A stretch of 28,794 nucleotides of DNA from a virus (IMGVR_UViG_3300046005_001196:1-28794), one strand, 5' to 3'. Shown: positions 16,032 through 24,872, counted from the stretch's first letter. Made by a program: numbers and translations. The notes: generated from the sequence alone by a model not told the origin.

Positions 16032-18772
16032 TCCAGCTACGCATCAGGACGGAATTCACATTTGGGCAGACTTATGCTCCCATCGACAAGGTGATTGCCC
16101 ACCTCAAGGAAACGGGGTGCACGGCAGCAGGAATTGTTGACCAAGGGAGCACATGGGGGCACGTCAAGTTCTTTAATAAGTGCAAGGAGGCAGGAATCAA
16201 GCCGCTATTGGGGGTTGAACTTGTCGTGACGGACGATTCCGACGAGTCTCCGCGTATGTGGTTTATTGCCAAAAATATGGAAGGGTTGCAGGAACTATAT
16301 CGTTGGTCAAGCAAGACATACCAGCAGCAGCTTCCCGGCAAACGCGGAGCTATCGCTGGTCTGCGCCGAGCAGATGTGATGAATATGTCAGACAACATCA
16401 TCAAGTTCGCAGGGGACATCATCGACGAAGAGTTCTTGAAGGAAGTCGGGGCATTCGCCGACATCAGTCCGGCCAGTCGAGTGCTGGCTATGAAGAAGCG
16501 GTCGATTGGATTGCCAATTGTCGGTGTGTCGGACAACTCGTACATTAAGCCGGAGGACTCAAAGACATTCGACTTCATGGGAGGTGGCAGGAAGCCTTCG
16601 CCGCAACACATATTGCTTGAATTGGAAGGACAGGACGTTGCGCAGCAGATCGTCGACAGCATCACGCTCGACGCGCTGCCAAAAGCACCGATGATACGCG
16701 CAGAAGGAGATGTAGAGGCATTGTGCCGTGAGGGCATAAAGTTCCGCAGGATGGAGGAAATGTGGACAGAAGAATACGAGCAGAGATTGCTATATGAATT
16801 GGGATTGATCAGAAGCAAGGATTATGATGCTTATTTCATCATCGTCGCAGACATGGTGTGCTATGCCAAGCAACGCATGCTGGTCGGTCCATCAAGAGGA
16901 TCAAGTGCCGGATCTTTGGTTTGCTATCTAATGCGCATCACAGAGGTGAATCCAATTCCTCCAAAATTGATGTTTGAGCGATTCATAGACATTAACCGCT
17001 CTGACCTTCCGGACATAGACCTGGACTTCCCCGATAAGAAGCGCCACGTTGTGTTTGAGTATATGGCCGAAAAGTACGGCGTCGAGAATACAGCGCACAT
17101 CGGAACGGTAAGTGTATACAGACCGAAGAGCGCATTGGTGCAAGTTTGCAAGAAGTTGAACATTTCGCCGTCTGCCACGGCAGCTGTAAAGGTCGCGATG
17201 ATTGAACGTGGGTCTGCCGACTCACGCTCGACCAGTTGTCTGGAAGACACGCTCAAGACGACAGATCCAGGGCGTAAGCTGGTCGAAATGTATCCGCAAG
17301 TGGTGATTGCCACCGAGCTGGAGGGGCACGCATCACACACGGGTGTCCATGCGGCAGGCCTGTTGGTGTGTAATGATAATATAACCAACTATTGCACCGT
17401 TGATGATAACGGTATCGCGCACGTCGAGAAAGGCGCGGCAGAAGAGCTTGGATTACTAAAGATTGACGTTCTTGGTCTGCGCACTCTTGGGGTGCTGGAA
17501 GACTCCGGGGTGCCGATTGACTGGTACAATCTGAAGTTCGACGATCCTGCCGCCTATGCCGTGTTCAACAGCGGAAGGTACAGCGGAATATTTCAATTTG
17601 AGGGGAGCGCATTGCGTTCTGTTGGAGGGCAGATAGACTTCACATCAATGGTGCAGATCGATGCTGTGACGGCACTGGCTCGTCCCGGTCCATTTGGTGG
17701 TGGTGTAACAGAGAAGTATATTAACCGCAGCAATGGCGAGAAATATGATCAATTGCACCCGGCTGTTGCGCAATATATGTCGGAGACATATGGTCTTCCG
17801 ATTTACCAAGAGCAGGTGATGGCAATTGTTCGTTACATCGGCAACTTCAATTGGGAGGACGCATCATTCATCCGCAAGTCAATGGCCAAACGGCTTGGAT
17901 CGGAATTTTTCAATACATTTTATGCGAAATTTGAAGAAGGTGCTATCAGCAATGGTCTTACGAAGGCACAAGCGGCAGACATTTGGGAATTGATAAAGGT
18001 GATGGGCACGTGGTGTATGAACAAGGCTCACACCTATAGTTACGCCATCATCAGCTACTGGACGGCTTACTTGAAGGCGCACCACCCGATGGAATTTGCT
18101 GCTGCCAACTTGCGCAATGCTAAGGACGAGGAAAGTGCTGTCGGATTGCTTCGCGAGATGGTTAAAGAAGGGTTGAAATATATTCCATTCGACATAGAAA
18201 GGTCTGAAGAGCATTGGGCGGCGAAAGGTGATGTGTTGTACGGAGGCTTTATGAATCTTCACGGCTTCGGAGAAGCGAAGGCGAAGAAGTTTTTGGAGGC
18301 ACGCAATGCAGGAAAGTTGACGCAGAAGATGCGCGAAGATGTGGCAAGTGCGCAAAATATATTCTCAGACTTGTTTCCGTTCAGGACGAAGTACGGCCAA
18401 ATGTATGATGATCCGAGCGGCAACGGGTTGGGGGGAGAATTGAGTCACATCGAAGACTTTGATGGTTCGCAATTTGGAAGCCACTTGTTGCTCGGAGAGA
18501 TCATCTACAAGAACTTGCGGGACATCAATGAGGATGTAAACGTCAAGAAGCGCGGAGGGAAGGTCGAAAAAGGACAGCCAACATTCATCGATCTAAGGTT
18601 GCGCGACGACACTGGCGAAATGTTAGCCCGTATCCATCGTTTCGATTACAAACGGATAGGCGAAGAGCTATTCAACACGATTCCGGAAGGAGCACACCTG
18701 TTGGTGCGTCTCAAGATTTGTCGCGGCATCAAGTTTGGCATCATCGAAAAATGGAAAAGAATTGATGTGTAA
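16028..18772 (+). CDS. dnaE: DNA polymerase III alpha subunit (family C)
   Basis: Start reassigned to ATG 16028 (overlaps dnaQ stop). PHP-like N-terminus (GIKPLLGVE), RGSSAGSLVCY, FERF, PDIDLDF, GVHAAG, LLKIDVLGL, YQEQVM, NKAH, YLKAHHP, HhH and OB-like end. Confidence 0.97.
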   Translation: MIQLRIRTEFTFGQTYAPIDKVIAHLKETGCTAAGIVDQGSTWGHVKFFNKCKEAGIKPLLGVELVVTDDSDESPRMWFIAKNMEGLQELYRWSSKTYQQQLPGKRGAIAGLRRADVMNMSDNIIKFAGDIIDEEFLKEVGAFADISPASRVLAMKKRSIGLPIVGVSDNSYIKPEDSKTFDFMGGGRKPSPQHILLELEGQDVAQQIVDSITLDALPKAPMIRAEGDVEALCREGIKFRRMEEMWTEEYEQRLLYELGLIRSKDYDAYFIIVADMVCYAKQRMLVGPSRGSSAGSLVCYLMRITEVNPIPPKLMFERFIDINRSDLPDIDLDFPDKKRHVVFEYMAEKYGVENTAHIGTVSVYRPKSALVQVCKKLNISPSATAAVKVAMIERGSADSRSTSCLEDTLKTTDPGRKLVEMYPQVVIATELEGHASHTGVHAAGLLVCNDNITNYCTVDDNGIAHVEKGAAEELGLLKIDVLGLRTLGVLEDSGVPIDWYNLKFDDPAAYAVFNSGRYSGIFQFEGSALRSVGGQIDFTSMVQIDAVTALARPGPFGGGVTEKYINRSNGEKYDQLHPAVAQYMSETYGLPIYQEQVMAIVRYIGNFNWEDASFIRKSMAKRLGSEFFNTFYAKFEEGAISNGLTKAQAADIWELIKVMGTWCMNKAHTYSYAIISYWTAYLKAHHPMEFAAANLRNAKDEESAVGLLREMVKEGLKYIPFDIERSEEHWAAKGDVLYGGFMNLHGFGEAKAKKFLEARNAGKLTQKMREDVASAQNIFSDLFPFRTKYGQMYDDPSGNGLGGELSHIEDFDGSQFGSHLLLGEIIYKNLRDINEDVNVKKRGGKVEKGQPTFIDLRLRDDTGEMLARIHRFDYKRIGEELFNTIPEGAHLLVRLKICRGIKFGIIEKWKRIDV

Positions 18773-18780
18773 AATAATTG

Positions 18781-18809
18781 TTGCTTTTATTTTGCAATTG
18801 GAAGATAAT
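18781..18809 (+). promoter_or_regulatory. Putative sigma70 promoter
   Basis: TTGCTT-17 nt-GATAAT, then perfect 7-bp hairpin 18816-18833 and the conserved RBS block. Confidence 0.8.
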
Positions 18810-18853
18810 GCTTCATCGCGCAATAGTGCGCGACCAGAAAGAGGAGAAATAAA

Positions 18854-19099
18854 ATGAAAATCCATCCCGCCATGCGTCACGTCAAGAGACTGTTCGAAGT
18901 TGCTGGATTTCAGATTCTATATGTTGGCACTTTGTCCGCGCACGTATGCTATCGAGGCTACGTCACGCGCCCGTTGATTATTGACGTTAAATTGTCACCT
19001 ATTGAGAACATTGGCAAGATTGATGTCTGCGAATTTTCCGACCAGCACCCGCTCTATGTTGATGTGATGAAGTTGCATGGCGTAAAGTTTGCATTTTAA
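18854..19099 (+). CDS. Hypothetical protein (81 aa)
   Basis: Own promoter and strong RBS GAGGAG. Confidence 0.8.
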   Translation: MKIHPAMRHVKRLFEVAGFQILYVGTLSAHVCYRGYVTRPLIIDVKLSPIENIGKIDVCEFSDQHPLYVDVMKLHGVKFAF

Positions 19100-19100
19100 T

Positions 19101-19190
19101 ATGAACTCCTACCAATTTAAAACCGAACCGTTCGCCCATCAGCTGACGGCGCTTGCGCTTTGCAAGGACGCGGAGGGCGTAACAGCATGA
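19101..19190 (+). pseudogene. Orphaned 5' fragment of an SNF2-type helicase gene (29 aa)
   Basis: MNSYQFKTEPFAHQLTALALCKDAEGVTA* aligns without gaps to the helicase start MLNYQYKTTPFAHQDSILKESWEDEYV (10 of the first 14 residues identical). Confidence 0.8.
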
Positions 19191-19885
19191 ACTACTCATT
19201 GCACTACGAGCGGTTAATTCAGCGGGCACGAGACCGCGCAAAGCCGGGCGAGTACACCGAACGGCATCACGCACTACCGCGCTGTTTAGGCGGCTCCAAT
19301 GATCGGCACAACTTGGTGCATCTTACGGCTGAAGAACATTATGTCGCGCACCAATTGCTTGTGAAAATGTACCCCGGAAACGGTAAGCTAGTATTTGCAG
19401 TCAACGCTATGCTACGTAGTTCGCGAAGGCATAAAGATCGCGCAGCGAATAAAAGCTACGGATGGATACGCCGAGCATTCGCGATACAATCATCCCTACA
19501 AAATTCGGGAGATAATCACCCAATGAAACGTCCAGAGGTTGCAGCAAAATTAAAAGGCGCGAACAACCCGATGTATGGAGTTAAAGGAAAAGCGCACCCA
19601 AACTTTGGCAAACCCGTAAAGCTTGATCAACGCGGGGCGAAAAATCATATGTTCGGTCGCGCTGGCGAGATGCATCATATGTTCGGGAAGCGCAACGATG
19701 CTATGCAGCGCCCGGAAGTTATCGAAAAGATGCGCGCCACATCACTCAATAAAACCGCTGAAGAAAAAGCAGCTATCCGTGAAAAGAAACGCGCGACATT
19801 TCGAAATCGCACGACTGAGCAACGTGAGCAATTCCATTCTAGGTATGCTGCAACGCGCACGAAAAATAAGGCGGCATCATGCTAA
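19187..19885 (+). CDS. HNH homing endonuclease with NUMOD3-like repeats
   Basis: Start reassigned to ATG 19187 (RBS GGAGG). ERHHALPRCLGGSNDRHNLVHLTAEEHYVAH nuclease motif; repeats GDNHPM, GANNPMYG, GKAHPNFG, GAKNHMFG, GEMHHMFG. Confidence 0.9.
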   Translation: MNYSLHYERLIQRARDRAKPGEYTERHHALPRCLGGSNDRHNLVHLTAEEHYVAHQLLVKMYPGNGKLVFAVNAMLRSSRRHKDRAANKSYGWIRRAFAIQSSLQNSGDNHPMKRPEVAAKLKGANNPMYGVKGKAHPNFGKPVKLDQRGAKNHMFGRAGEMHHMFGKRNDAMQRPEVIEKMRATSLNKTAEEKAAIREKKRATFRNRTTEQREQFHSRYAATRTKNKAASC

Positions 19886-21381
19886 ATTATCAATACAAAA
19901 CGACCCCGTTCGCGCATCAAGATTCAATTTTAAAAGAATCATGGGAGGATGAATACGTTGGGCTATTTCTTGAGCAACGCACTGGAAAAAGCAAGATAGT
20001 GCTAGATAACGCTGCCCAATTGCATCGAATGGGGCGCATCAACGGACTGCTAATAATTGCACCGAATGGCGTTCATCGAAATTGGATTGCGGACGAGATT
20101 AAAATCCACCTGCCAGACTGGTGCTCGCGCATAACCGCAACGTGGAGTGCGGCACAAACCAAAAAGAAAGGCGTGGAGCTTGAAGACCTGTTCAACGCTG
20201 GTCATGAGCTGCGTATCCTCTCAATGAACGTTGAAGCTCTTGGAACGAAGCGCGGGTATGATTTCGCAAGGCGATTCCTGAATGCGACCGCTTGCATGAT
20301 GGTCGTTGATGAAAGTACTCGCATCAAGTCGATGGGAACAGGCGTAACTAGAGCAGCTTTAAAGCTCGCACCGCACGCGAAGTATCGTCGCATACTGAAT
20401 GGCACGCCTGTGACTCAGTCGCCTTTGGATGTGTACGCACAGCTGCTGTTCCTGTCCGAGGACGCTCTGCCAGTGCAATCGCACGTGGCATTTAAGGCGC
20501 GATACGCTGACTACTTGCCAGCAAGTCATCCTATGATACAAGGCATCATGCGCAAGTCCGGCACGCGTTTTGTGCCGCCGATCATGGCAACGAACGACGA
20601 CGGCACCCCTGCATACAAGAACTTGGAAGAGCTGAAGCAGTGGGTTGACAAGTGCTGCTACCGCGTGACCCGCAAGGAGTGCGCTGACCTGCCTGAGAAG
20701 CTATACAAACGCTGGGAAGTCGAACTCGCACCGCATCAGGACAAGCTCATCAAGCACTACCTCCAAGCGATGAAGAAAGGCGAAACGCCGGAGCCGATCA
20801 ACAAAATGGTCGCCGTCATGCTGTACCAGCGCATGATATGCGGCATCATCCCGAAGCAGCTGACGGGCGGCGAACAGCACACAAAGGTATTTGACAGGCC
20901 GCTCGATAACCCGCGCATTCAGGCAGTGTTGGAAATCATCGAAGCATACCCTGACGCAAGCATCATATTCTGGGCGCGATTCAAAACTGACTTGAATGAC
21001 ATTTGCGCAGCGATAACGACCGCCACGAACAAACCGATTGCACGATATTGGGGGGACATTTCAAACGATGAACGCGAAGCAGCGAAGGAAGGTTTTCAGG
21101 CAAAGCGTCTACAATACTTTGTTGGGCAACAAGGTGCGGGCGGTGTGGGTCTACCGCTTCACGCAGCCGATGTTATGGTGTATCACTCCAACGACTTCTC
21201 CTTATACCATCGGCTGCAAAGTGAAGATCGTGCGGAAAATATGCTCAAGAAAACGGGGACGTTGATAATTGACATCGAAGCGGCGGGCACGGTTGACAGC
21301 AAGATCATCGATGCACTGCGCAACAAGAAAGACGTTGCTGATTTAATAACCGGGGATGAAAGCGGAAAGTGGTTAGAATGA
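19879..21381 (+). CDS. SNF2-type SF2 DNA helicase
   Basis: EQRTGKS (motif I), VVDES (II), LNGTP (III), IIFWARF, GGVGL, QSEDRA (VI). Confidence 0.93.
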   Translation: MLNYQYKTTPFAHQDSILKESWEDEYVGLFLEQRTGKSKIVLDNAAQLHRMGRINGLLIIAPNGVHRNWIADEIKIHLPDWCSRITATWSAAQTKKKGVELEDLFNAGHELRILSMNVEALGTKRGYDFARRFLNATACMMVVDESTRIKSMGTGVTRAALKLAPHAKYRRILNGTPVTQSPLDVYAQLLFLSEDALPVQSHVAFKARYADYLPASHPMIQGIMRKSGTRFVPPIMATNDDGTPAYKNLEELKQWVDKCCYRVTRKECADLPEKLYKRWEVELAPHQDKLIKHYLQAMKKGETPEPINKMVAVMLYQRMICGIIPKQLTGGEQHTKVFDRPLDNPRIQAVLEIIEAYPDASIIFWARFKTDLNDICAAITTATNKPIARYWGDISNDEREAAKEGFQAKRLQYFVGQQGAGGVGLPLHAADVMVYHSNDFSLYHRLQSEDRAENMLKKTGTLIIDIEAAGTVDSKIIDALRNKKDVADLITGDESGKWLE

Positions 21382-21387
21382 TAACGC

Positions 21388-21416
21388 TTGCGCAACTCCA
21401 CAAAGTAAGTTACAAT
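21388..21416 (+). promoter_or_regulatory. Putative sigma70 promoter
   Basis: TTGCGC-17 nt-TACAAT; upstream ATAACGCTTGC is shared with the 9443 promoter; followed by CAGAAATAGGAGAATAAATG. Confidence 0.7.
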
Positions 21417-21440
21417 TTGCATTCAGAAATAGGAGAATAA

Positions 21441-21791
21441 ATGTCAAAAGTTTTTGTAACTCACGAACCCACGAAATGGGATGAAACTGCACAGCGTCTG
21501 GTGCCGATCTTCAATTTAACGCCCGCTGCTGTGTACGGCGACCTTGAAATACTCCTGCCAGCAGGTGCATCGTTAATCAGCACAGTCCCTATGGTGCGGA
21601 TGATGCGCGACCGACTTGCGGGATTCAGTGATGACGACTATATCCTGCCCGCTGGAGATCCCGCCAGCATGATGGCAGCAGGCATGATCGCAAGCAGTTT
21701 GAACCACGGGCGGGTGAAAGTCCTGCGCTGGGACAGGCAGAGCCGGGCGTATATCCCTCTCCAAATCGACGTATCAGGCCGAGCAGTTTGA
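21441..21791 (+). CDS. Hypothetical phage replication-module protein (116 aa)
   Basis: RBS AGGAG; AAVYGDL, DDDYILPAGDP, VLRWDRQ..AY. Confidence 0.85.
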   Translation: MSKVFVTHEPTKWDETAQRLVPIFNLTPAAVYGDLEILLPAGASLISTVPMVRMMRDRLAGFSDDDYILPAGDPASMMAAGMIASSLNHGRVKVLRWDRQSRAYIPLQIDVSGRAV

Positions 21792-21800
21792 ATTGGAATT

Positions 21801-21857
21801 GTTGCCGAATGCCGCCTGCGTGCTGGTAGTCTTGGGCAACCCGGAACCATAACCGGG
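21801..21857 (+). promoter_or_regulatory. Structured intergenic leader (two hairpins)
   Basis: GTTGCC/GGCAAC stem (21801-21840) abutting CCGG/CCGG hairpin (21841-21856), ahead of the TTAGAAAGGA RBS. Confidence 0.45.
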
Positions 21858-21885
21858 AAGAACTTAACTTTAGAAAGGAAATACC

Positions 21886-22407
21886 GTGGAACATATACCA
21901 AGCAACGCTGACATCGCTGAAATAAGCGCACTCGCCCGCCGACAACGAGCACAGGAGCTTGAGCTCACCGTGTTAGAGGACTTGCTGAAATTAGCTAAGG
22001 CCGCGCTCAGGCAAACGCAAGAGGTAGACTTGCCGCTTGCTATGCAGCAGGCAGGAGTGGCCGAAATCAAACTACCCTCCGGCGAGAAGATCAGCATCAA
22101 AGATGATGTTTACGCGACCATGCCGAAGGGCACTGCCTGCGACGCTGCGCTGCTATGGCTTCGAAATCATGGGTTGGGTGACGTTATCAAAAGCGAGGTC
22201 ACGGTCTCATTCGGCAGAGACGAAGAGGAGCAAGCCACCGCCCTGCTCGCTGAGTGTCATGTTAACGGCTGGAACAATGCAGCATTCGCCGCTACCGTGC
22301 ACAACCAAACGCTTAAAGCACTCATCCGTGAACGCCTCGCGAAGGGTGCTGAATTCCCGATGGAGTTGTTCGGCGCAGGAGTTGTAACGAAGGCGGTAAT
22401 CAAATAA
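21886..22407 (+). CDS. Hypothetical phage replication-module protein (173 aa)
   Basis: GTG start behind AGAAAGGA; coiled-coil N-terminus, WLRNHGLGDVIKSEV, VHNQTLKALIRERL. Confidence 0.85.
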   Translation: MEHIPSNADIAEISALARRQRAQELELTVLEDLLKLAKAALRQTQEVDLPLAMQQAGVAEIKLPSGEKISIKDDVYATMPKGTACDAALLWLRNHGLGDVIKSEVTVSFGRDEEEQATALLAECHVNGWNNAAFAATVHNQTLKALIRERLAKGAEFPMELFGAGVVTKAVIK

Positions 22408-22410
22408 CAC

Positions 22411-22446
22411 CCGCTTGAGTCGGACGGCGGTTTAAACAAGTCCGGC
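22411..22446 (+). promoter_or_regulatory. Predicted H-type RNA pseudoknot upstream of SSB gene
   Basis: S1 CCGCT(22411-15)/GGCGG(22426-30); S2 GTCGGAC(22419-25)/GTCCGGC(22440-46); loops of 3, 0 and 9 nt. Confidence 0.6.
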
Positions 22447-22467
22447 AAACCTTAGAAAGGAATCAAA

Positions 22468-23244
22468 ATGAGTAAAGGCATCGTAGAAGCACAGGAAACA
22501 AAAGTCGCAGTAATGGCACCTCAGTTCGAGGACGACGCAGGCGCGGGATTCGAGCAAGCAGATTCAAGCGCGTATGCCATTCCCTTTCTGTCCGTCTTGC
22601 AAAGCATGTCACCGCAATGCAAGAAGTCAGACGGAGCGTATATCAAGGGCGCGGAGGAGGGCATGTTATACAACTCCGTTTCACAGGAAATAATTGACGG
22701 CACGACAGGTGCGATCGTCATCCCCTGCTACTTCAAGCGCAGTTTTATCAAATGGGCACCGCGTGACAGCGGCGGCGGGTTCAAGGGGGAATTGACTCCA
22801 TCCGACCCGCAAGTGGCGGCGGGTGTGGTGGATAACGATGGGCGGTTGATAGATAGCGAAGGCAACCTGCTATCCGACACCCGCACCCATTATGTGCTGG
22901 TGCTGGACGGCAAAGGCGGATATCAACCTGCTGTAATCAGTCTCGCCAGTTCACAGATCAAGAAGTCGCGCCAGTGGATGAGCAAGATGAACGGCATCAA
23001 GATGCAACGCGCTGACGGTACACACTTCACCCCGGCGATGTTCAGTCACCAGTACCGCATCACAACAGTATCGGAGAGCAACGACAAGGGCAGCTGGTTC
23101 GGCCTTAAAGTCGAGACACTCGGCGCGGTTGAAAGCGCAGAGCTATATCAAGCGGCGAAAGCCTTCCGCGATGCGGTGTCTAGCGGTGAGGTCAAGGAGC
23201 AAGTGCGCACCACCGATGGAATGGAAAAAGATATACCGTTTTAA
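22468..23244 (+). CDS. Probable single-stranded DNA-binding protein
   Basis: C-terminal DIPF like the bacterial SSB tail; aromatic beta-rich core (NDKGSWF); replication-module position; strong RBS. Confidence 0.65.
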   Translation: MSKGIVEAQETKVAVMAPQFEDDAGAGFEQADSSAYAIPFLSVLQSMSPQCKKSDGAYIKGAEEGMLYNSVSQEIIDGTTGAIVIPCYFKRSFIKWAPRDSGGGFKGELTPSDPQVAAGVVDNDGRLIDSEGNLLSDTRTHYVLVLDGKGGYQPAVISLASSQIKKSRQWMSKMNGIKMQRADGTHFTPAMFSHQYRITTVSESNDKGSWFGLKVETLGAVESAELYQAAKAFRDAVSSGEVKEQVRTTDGMEKDIPF

Positions 23245-23253
23245 TCGCCCGAC

Positions 23254-23272
23254 TGACCGCCGTAAGCGGTCA
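23254..23272 (+). other. Perfect 7-bp hairpin after the SSB gene
   Basis: TGACCGC-CGTAA-GCGGTCA followed by a C/A-rich run instead of a U-tract. Confidence 0.6.
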
Positions 23273-23309
23273 CCAAACAACCAACAGCAACGACAATAAT
23301 GACGGGGCA

Positions 23310-23537
23310 GTGATGAAAGCAACAATTGCATTCTTAAAACAGTTCAACGCGTGGCGGCGCGGGGATGAAACAGTCCCACGCCCGCACCCCGCAGCGATAG
23401 GGGTAGAGCTTGATCGCGCGATACGCGCAACGGAACGCTATGAAAAAGTGCGCATATTGAACCCTCGCCAGTTCAAAGCCTTGTGGGATCGCAACATGAA
23501 GGGTGAGCGGTTTGATGATTTGGTGGACGGCCTATGA
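23310..23537 (+). CDS. Hypothetical protein (75 aa)
   Basis: FNAWRRGD...P..IG..LD.AI and RYEKVRILNPRQF segments; stop overlaps next start. Confidence 0.75.
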   Translation: MMKATIAFLKQFNAWRRGDETVPRPHPAAIGVELDRAIRATERYEKVRILNPRQFKALWDRNMKGERFDDLVDGL

Positions 23538-23722
23538 TTTCGATAGTGAATGTCGCGCCAAATGCTAAGCATTCCGGACCGCACGTGTACGAGCTACGCA
23601 TAAACAGCCTTGTGATAACGCGCTTTGTGCATAATCGTGAGGAAAGTCTGGCAATATGCCTACGCAAAGCAGCGACCGCCGTTGACGATGCTCAATTACA
23701 ACGATTGATAGACGCGCTATGA
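23534..23722 (+). CDS. Hypothetical protein (62 aa)
   Basis: ATGA overlaps at both ends. Confidence 0.75.
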   Translation: MISIVNVAPNAKHSGPHVYELRINSLVITRFVHNREESLAICLRKAATAVDDAQLQRLIDAL

Positions 23723-24171
23723 AGCCTGAAACGAGATTGTGGAAAAGGATGCAACCGGGCATTGCGCCATTTTGTTTTGCGCAGAGAATTGAGAATCTGG
23801 TCGGCGAAGGTGTGCCCGATGTCGTGTTGCATTCGCGAGTTAGCGGACATTGCGCGTTCGTTGAGCTGAAATGCAGGCTTTTAATGCCAGTTAGGGAGAG
23901 TACCACTATTTTTAAGGGCGATTACGGCCTGCGCCCTGAGCAGGTGGCATGGATATACGGGCGTGCGATGGCTGGCGCGAATGTTTGGATCTTAGGGCAG
24001 GGGGGTGATTGGCTCGTTTTGGTCCACGGCAAGCATGCACGGGAATTGGAAAGTATGACGGCGGATGGTCTAATTCAGGTAGCGGGTTGGTACGGCGCAG
24101 CTCGTAAGACGGATTGGAAAGCTATGCTGGAAGCGGTTTTTAGAAATATTTTAGACAAAGAGGAAAAATAA
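23719..24171 (+). CDS. PD-(D/E)xK nuclease, VRR-NUC/Holliday junction resolvase-like
   Basis: E..LW, RIEN...GVPDV, FVELK, LRPEQVAW. Confidence 0.85.
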   Translation: MKPETRLWKRMQPGIAPFCFAQRIENLVGEGVPDVVLHSRVSGHCAFVELKCRLLMPVRESTTIFKGDYGLRPEQVAWIYGRAMAGANVWILGQGGDWLVLVHGKHARELESMTADGLIQVAGWYGAARKTDWKAMLEAVFRNILDKEEK

Positions 24172-24453
24172 ATGAAAATCACAATTCACATATACCAAGA
24201 GCAGTACACATGGGAAAAATCAGGACGCATCGAAGTCTACTCGTTCAAGCACGACAATTCACCAGAACGGCTCTGGCTTGATTCACACGAAATTGATCTT
24301 CCTGGGGTAGAGCTTATGCCTGATGCCACGCGGACAATATTACAGATTGCAGAATTGCGGGAAGAGGCTGCGCAGTTGCAATCAAAAGTGAATCAGCAAC
24401 TGAGCGAAATAGAACGCAAAATTGTCGCCGCTTCGCAATTATGCAACCGTTAG
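24172..24453 (+). CDS. Hypothetical protein (93 aa) with C-terminal coiled coil
   Basis: RBS GAGGA; abuts previous stop. Confidence 0.75.
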   Translation: MKITIHIYQEQYTWEKSGRIEVYSFKHDNSPERLWLDSHEIDLPGVELMPDATRTILQIAELREEAAQLQSKVNQQLSEIERKIVAASQLCNR

Positions 24454-24872
24454 TCGTTAAACCGCACCGCAGGACATGGGAGCAATGCCCCCGTGTGTGC
24501 GTAGTGTGTGGTGAAACCCACGCGGAAGGACAGCCAACGCCCAGCGGCAGGCAGTGCAAACAGGTGCAACCAAGCCGCTACGTTCCGACTCACGCGAAGA
24601 TAGGCCGTCCGCCGAAGGTTGCTGTTGACCGCACCTGCAAGATGTGCGGTGTGGCGAAGGCAACCGACCAGTTCAACGGGCTGCATTCGTTCCGCTGCTT
24701 GGCCTGTTGGGAGGAGGTGAAGGCGCAGTCCGTCGTGAAACAGCAATTGCTCAACGCAACATGGCGCGCCAACAATGCGGAGAAGGTAAGGGCGATTAAC
24801 GCGGCTGGCAATAAGCGGTGGCGGGAGAAGCAGAAACTTAAGAAGGAGGCGGCAGATGAAACCAACACATAG
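24441..24872 (+). CDS. Putative zinc-finger protein
   Basis: CVVC, CKMC and CLAC pairs, GRPPK, basic helical tail (WRANNAEKVR). Confidence 0.6.
   Translation: MQPLVVKPHRRTWEQCPRVCVVCGETHAEGQPTPSGRQCKQVQPSRYVPTHAKIGRPPKVAVDRTCKMCGVAKATDQFNGLHSFRCLACWEEVKAQSVVKQQLLNATWRANNAEKVRAINAAGNKRWREKQKLKKEAADETNT

Noticed and set aside
19180-19960. Group I intron or intein interrupting the helicase
   Set aside because: No non-coding room for a ribozyme core, no intein terminal motifs, and the downstream helicase is complete with its own RBS and start.
23254-23272. Intrinsic terminator after the SSB gene
   Set aside because: Good stem but no U-tract on the plus strand; kept only as a hairpin.
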